Shown here: one piece after another, positions 61,824-64,000 of the stretch
How the letters are laid out: each line of letters starts with the position of its first letter
Numbering within the stretch: position 1 is the first letter of the stretch
Source of the DNA: Pristiophorus japonicus
Lineage: Eukaryota
Direction of reading: 5' to 3'
DNA: 64,000 bases
NCBI RefSeq assembly: GCF_044704955.1
Contig: NC_091999.1
Location: 9,610,001 to 9,674,000 of the forward strand
Program-made: the position numbers and the translations under genes
Notes under the pieces: generated by a model
What the model saw: only the letters and a program-made list of their open reading frames with translations
Database searches by the model: none
Told to the model about the DNA's origin: nothing

Positions 61824-63097
61824 CACAGTGTTAAATGTACTCACAAAAACCCAAATCAGTGCCCAGGAAATCTAATGTAGATTGTCACAGCACAGAAAGA
61901 GGCCACACGGCACATTGCGCCTGTGTAGGCCCAGCAAACCTTCATGTTTAAATGTTTTGATCGGTAAAAGGATCCGACACACGGCCTAGGCACTATGCTC
62001 TAACCAACTGAGCTAACCGGCCATGTCAACGTCTGCGAGTTACATTTTCCAACATGTGTATTAGTCTTATTCTTAGTCCTCTTGAACCATAAAGTAGTGG
62101 TTTGCAATAGCATGCCATTGGTCCAATATGGACATTTGGTGAGAGACTATCCCATTTTGAATTAATTGAGCCATTTAGAACTATTGTGTTTGAATTTGAC
62201 CCGGATTTCAGTTCCTACAATGTTTCTCCCCTAAAAGACAATGATTGATCAGTGTAAACTTTTATATCTCTTTTTCCAGTTCTGTTGTAGGGAAGAATAA
62301 GTTATCGAGGGACTCAGTTATTGTGCATTAAGGGAGAAAGTTGTAATCATAGAATCATAGAAATTTACAGCACGGAAGGAGGACATTGAGGCCCATCGTG
62401 TCCGTGCCGGCCGACAAAGGGCTATTCAACCGAATCCCAATTTGCAGCTCTTGGCCCGCAGCCCTGTCGGTTACGACATTTCAAGTGCACACCCAAGTAT
62501 TTTTAAATGTGGTGAGGGTTTCTGGCTCCACCACCCTTTCAGGCAGTGAGTTCCGCCCCAGACCCCCACCACCCTCTGGGTGGAAAAGGTTCCCCTCAAA
62601 TCCCCTCTAAACCTCTCTTGTACTTCATTTAATACCTGTGGTAAATCGATCTCAATTTACCGGCGCAAAGTGCAGCTTATGCTTTTTTAAAAGTGTTTCA
62701 TCCTGTCCCTGTTTTTATCATCTGTCAGTCAAGTATCGTTTAATACTTGAATAATACATCATCTCATTCCCTATGCAATCTTTGATATGGGAGACTTAGT
62801 TACGATTTCGTTACTCACAACACACACGTAAATCTTATTCCACCACTTCCATAATTGTTAATTGTGCTATTCCCATCCTTGCTATTAGATCGGCGTGTTT
62901 TTTAAGCAATTTAACGAATAACATTGACTTAATCTGGGTTAAGAACGCGACACACCACCACCTTTTCAAGGGCAACTAGGGACGGCCCATACATGCTGGC
63001 CCTGGCTAGCGACACCCATATCTCCAGAATTAATTTAAAAATAAAGCATTTGTGTTGAGAGCGCAAAATGCTAAATATATTGCAAATGTCAACTTAC

Positions 63098-63160
63098 TCG
63101 GCTGGACAGTCAGTCTGGTTCCACTTCCGAACGTGAGCTTCCCTAGTGTTCCAGCATTCA
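63098..63160 (-). CDS. TRAJ: J78 NAGTLGKLTFGSGTRLTVQP
   Basis: RSS CACAGTG-12-ACTAAATCT; donor GTAAGT. Confidence 0.9.
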
Positions 63161-63543
63161 CACAGTGCTAAACCGCTCGACTAAATCTATCCCGCAGCAG
63201 GTATAAAGGCATTTGCATTAGGAGTCAACCGAGTGCTCCCTTAGCGACAATACCCAGCATTTATTGGCCATCATTAATTGCCTTTGAAAAGGTGGCGGTG
63301 AGCCTCCTTCTTTAACCGCTGCAGTCCGTGTGTTGGAGGAACTACTACACTACGTAGGGAGGGAGTTCCAGGATTCTGATCCAGTGACCTGGAAGACACG
63401 GCCGATATATTTGCAAGTCACAACGGTGTGTGACTTGGAGGGGAATTAGAGGTGTGAGTGTTTCCATGCATACGACTGAATTGGCGACACACGGAATTCT
63501 ATTGAGTGGACACTGACACCACACCATCATATACACTACTTAC

Positions 63544-63609
63544 TTGGTACCACCGCCAGAGATGTCCCTGGGCCAAAGGTAAGCTTCTGCCCTCCACCTC
63601 CATACTCCG
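63544..63609 (-). CDS. TRAJ: J79 EYGGGGQKLTFGPGTSLAVVP
   Basis: RSS CACATCG-12-ACAATAACC; donor GTAAGT. Confidence 0.88.
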
Positions 63610-64000
63610 CACATCGATAAACACACAGACAATAACCTCAACTGTACCTCGCCATCGTCTACCATTGCTCAACTTGATTTGCAACAAATCCTTACATTCT
63701 GGCAGTGACACTCGCATTCCTCACATCTCCAGTTACATGGCTATCGATTGTATCAGTAATTATAATGATATGGCCAGCGACATACGATTAATAATTCTAT
63801 CAATGATACTAACCACTCAACGGATCTATCTACAACACTCATCATAATTGGGATATTTTGCACCAATCTTTCTCGTGTGATGTAAATGTATTTATATAAC
63901 ATTCACCTGTTTAAATTCTAAATGTTGCCATTTAGTCTAAAACCGATGAGGGAAGGTCGGCGCACATTTATTACCGTTTTGAATATTATCATTCCTCTCT

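Larger units (their letters stand above)
1..64000 (-). other. TRA: T-cell receptor alpha J-segment cluster (partial; appears to continue past both window ends)
   Basis: 79 same-orientation J segments, nearly all with 12-RSS, FGxG and phase-1 GT donor; no V/D/C between them. A very large J-only array is the known hallmark of TRA (locus assignment is inference). Confidence 0.88.
57520..64000. repeat. Tandem triplet-J units of about 2.75 kb (J72-74, J75-77, J78-79 onward)
   Basis: Offsets of 2781, 2736 and 2795 bp between paralogous Js; shared spacers. Confidence 0.9.

Noticed and set aside
662-63609. Immunoglobulin J segments (IgH or IgL) or TRB/TRG/TRD J
   Set aside because: IgH J carry WGxG and a long-spacer RSS. 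Shark IgL sit in V-J-C clusters with one J. TRB/TRG/TRD have few J and nearby D or C exons. None fits 79 J-only segments, although the C exon is not in view.

Overview
Vertebrate genomic DNA, most likely from a cartilaginous fish (inferred from the CR1/L2/SINE repeat types). The whole window is a dense minus-strand array of antigen-receptor J gene segments. By hand I count 79 J segments (numbered J1-J79 by window position, my own labels) plus 2 decayed relics. The typical segment has a 12-bp-spacer RSS on its 5' side (higher coordinates), an F-G-x-G-T motif and a phase-1 GT donor. This layout fits the T-cell receptor alpha J (TRAJ) cluster of the TCR alpha/delta locus. No V, D or C exon is visible; V would lie beyond 64000 and C-alpha before 1. 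The array grew by nested tandem duplication: about 1-kb single-J units (1-7 kb), about 2-3-kb A-A-B-C cassettes (7-36 kb), a roughly 7.3-kb duplication (36-50 kb) and about 2.8-kb triplets (57-64 kb). It also shows chimeric Js, deleted J slots, pseudogenes, divergence concentrated in CDR3 codons, and CR1 insertions next to splice donors. Most ORFs in the supplied track are J read-through, retroelement remnants or noise. RSS motifs are quoted as read on the + strand. All coordinates were read by eye.
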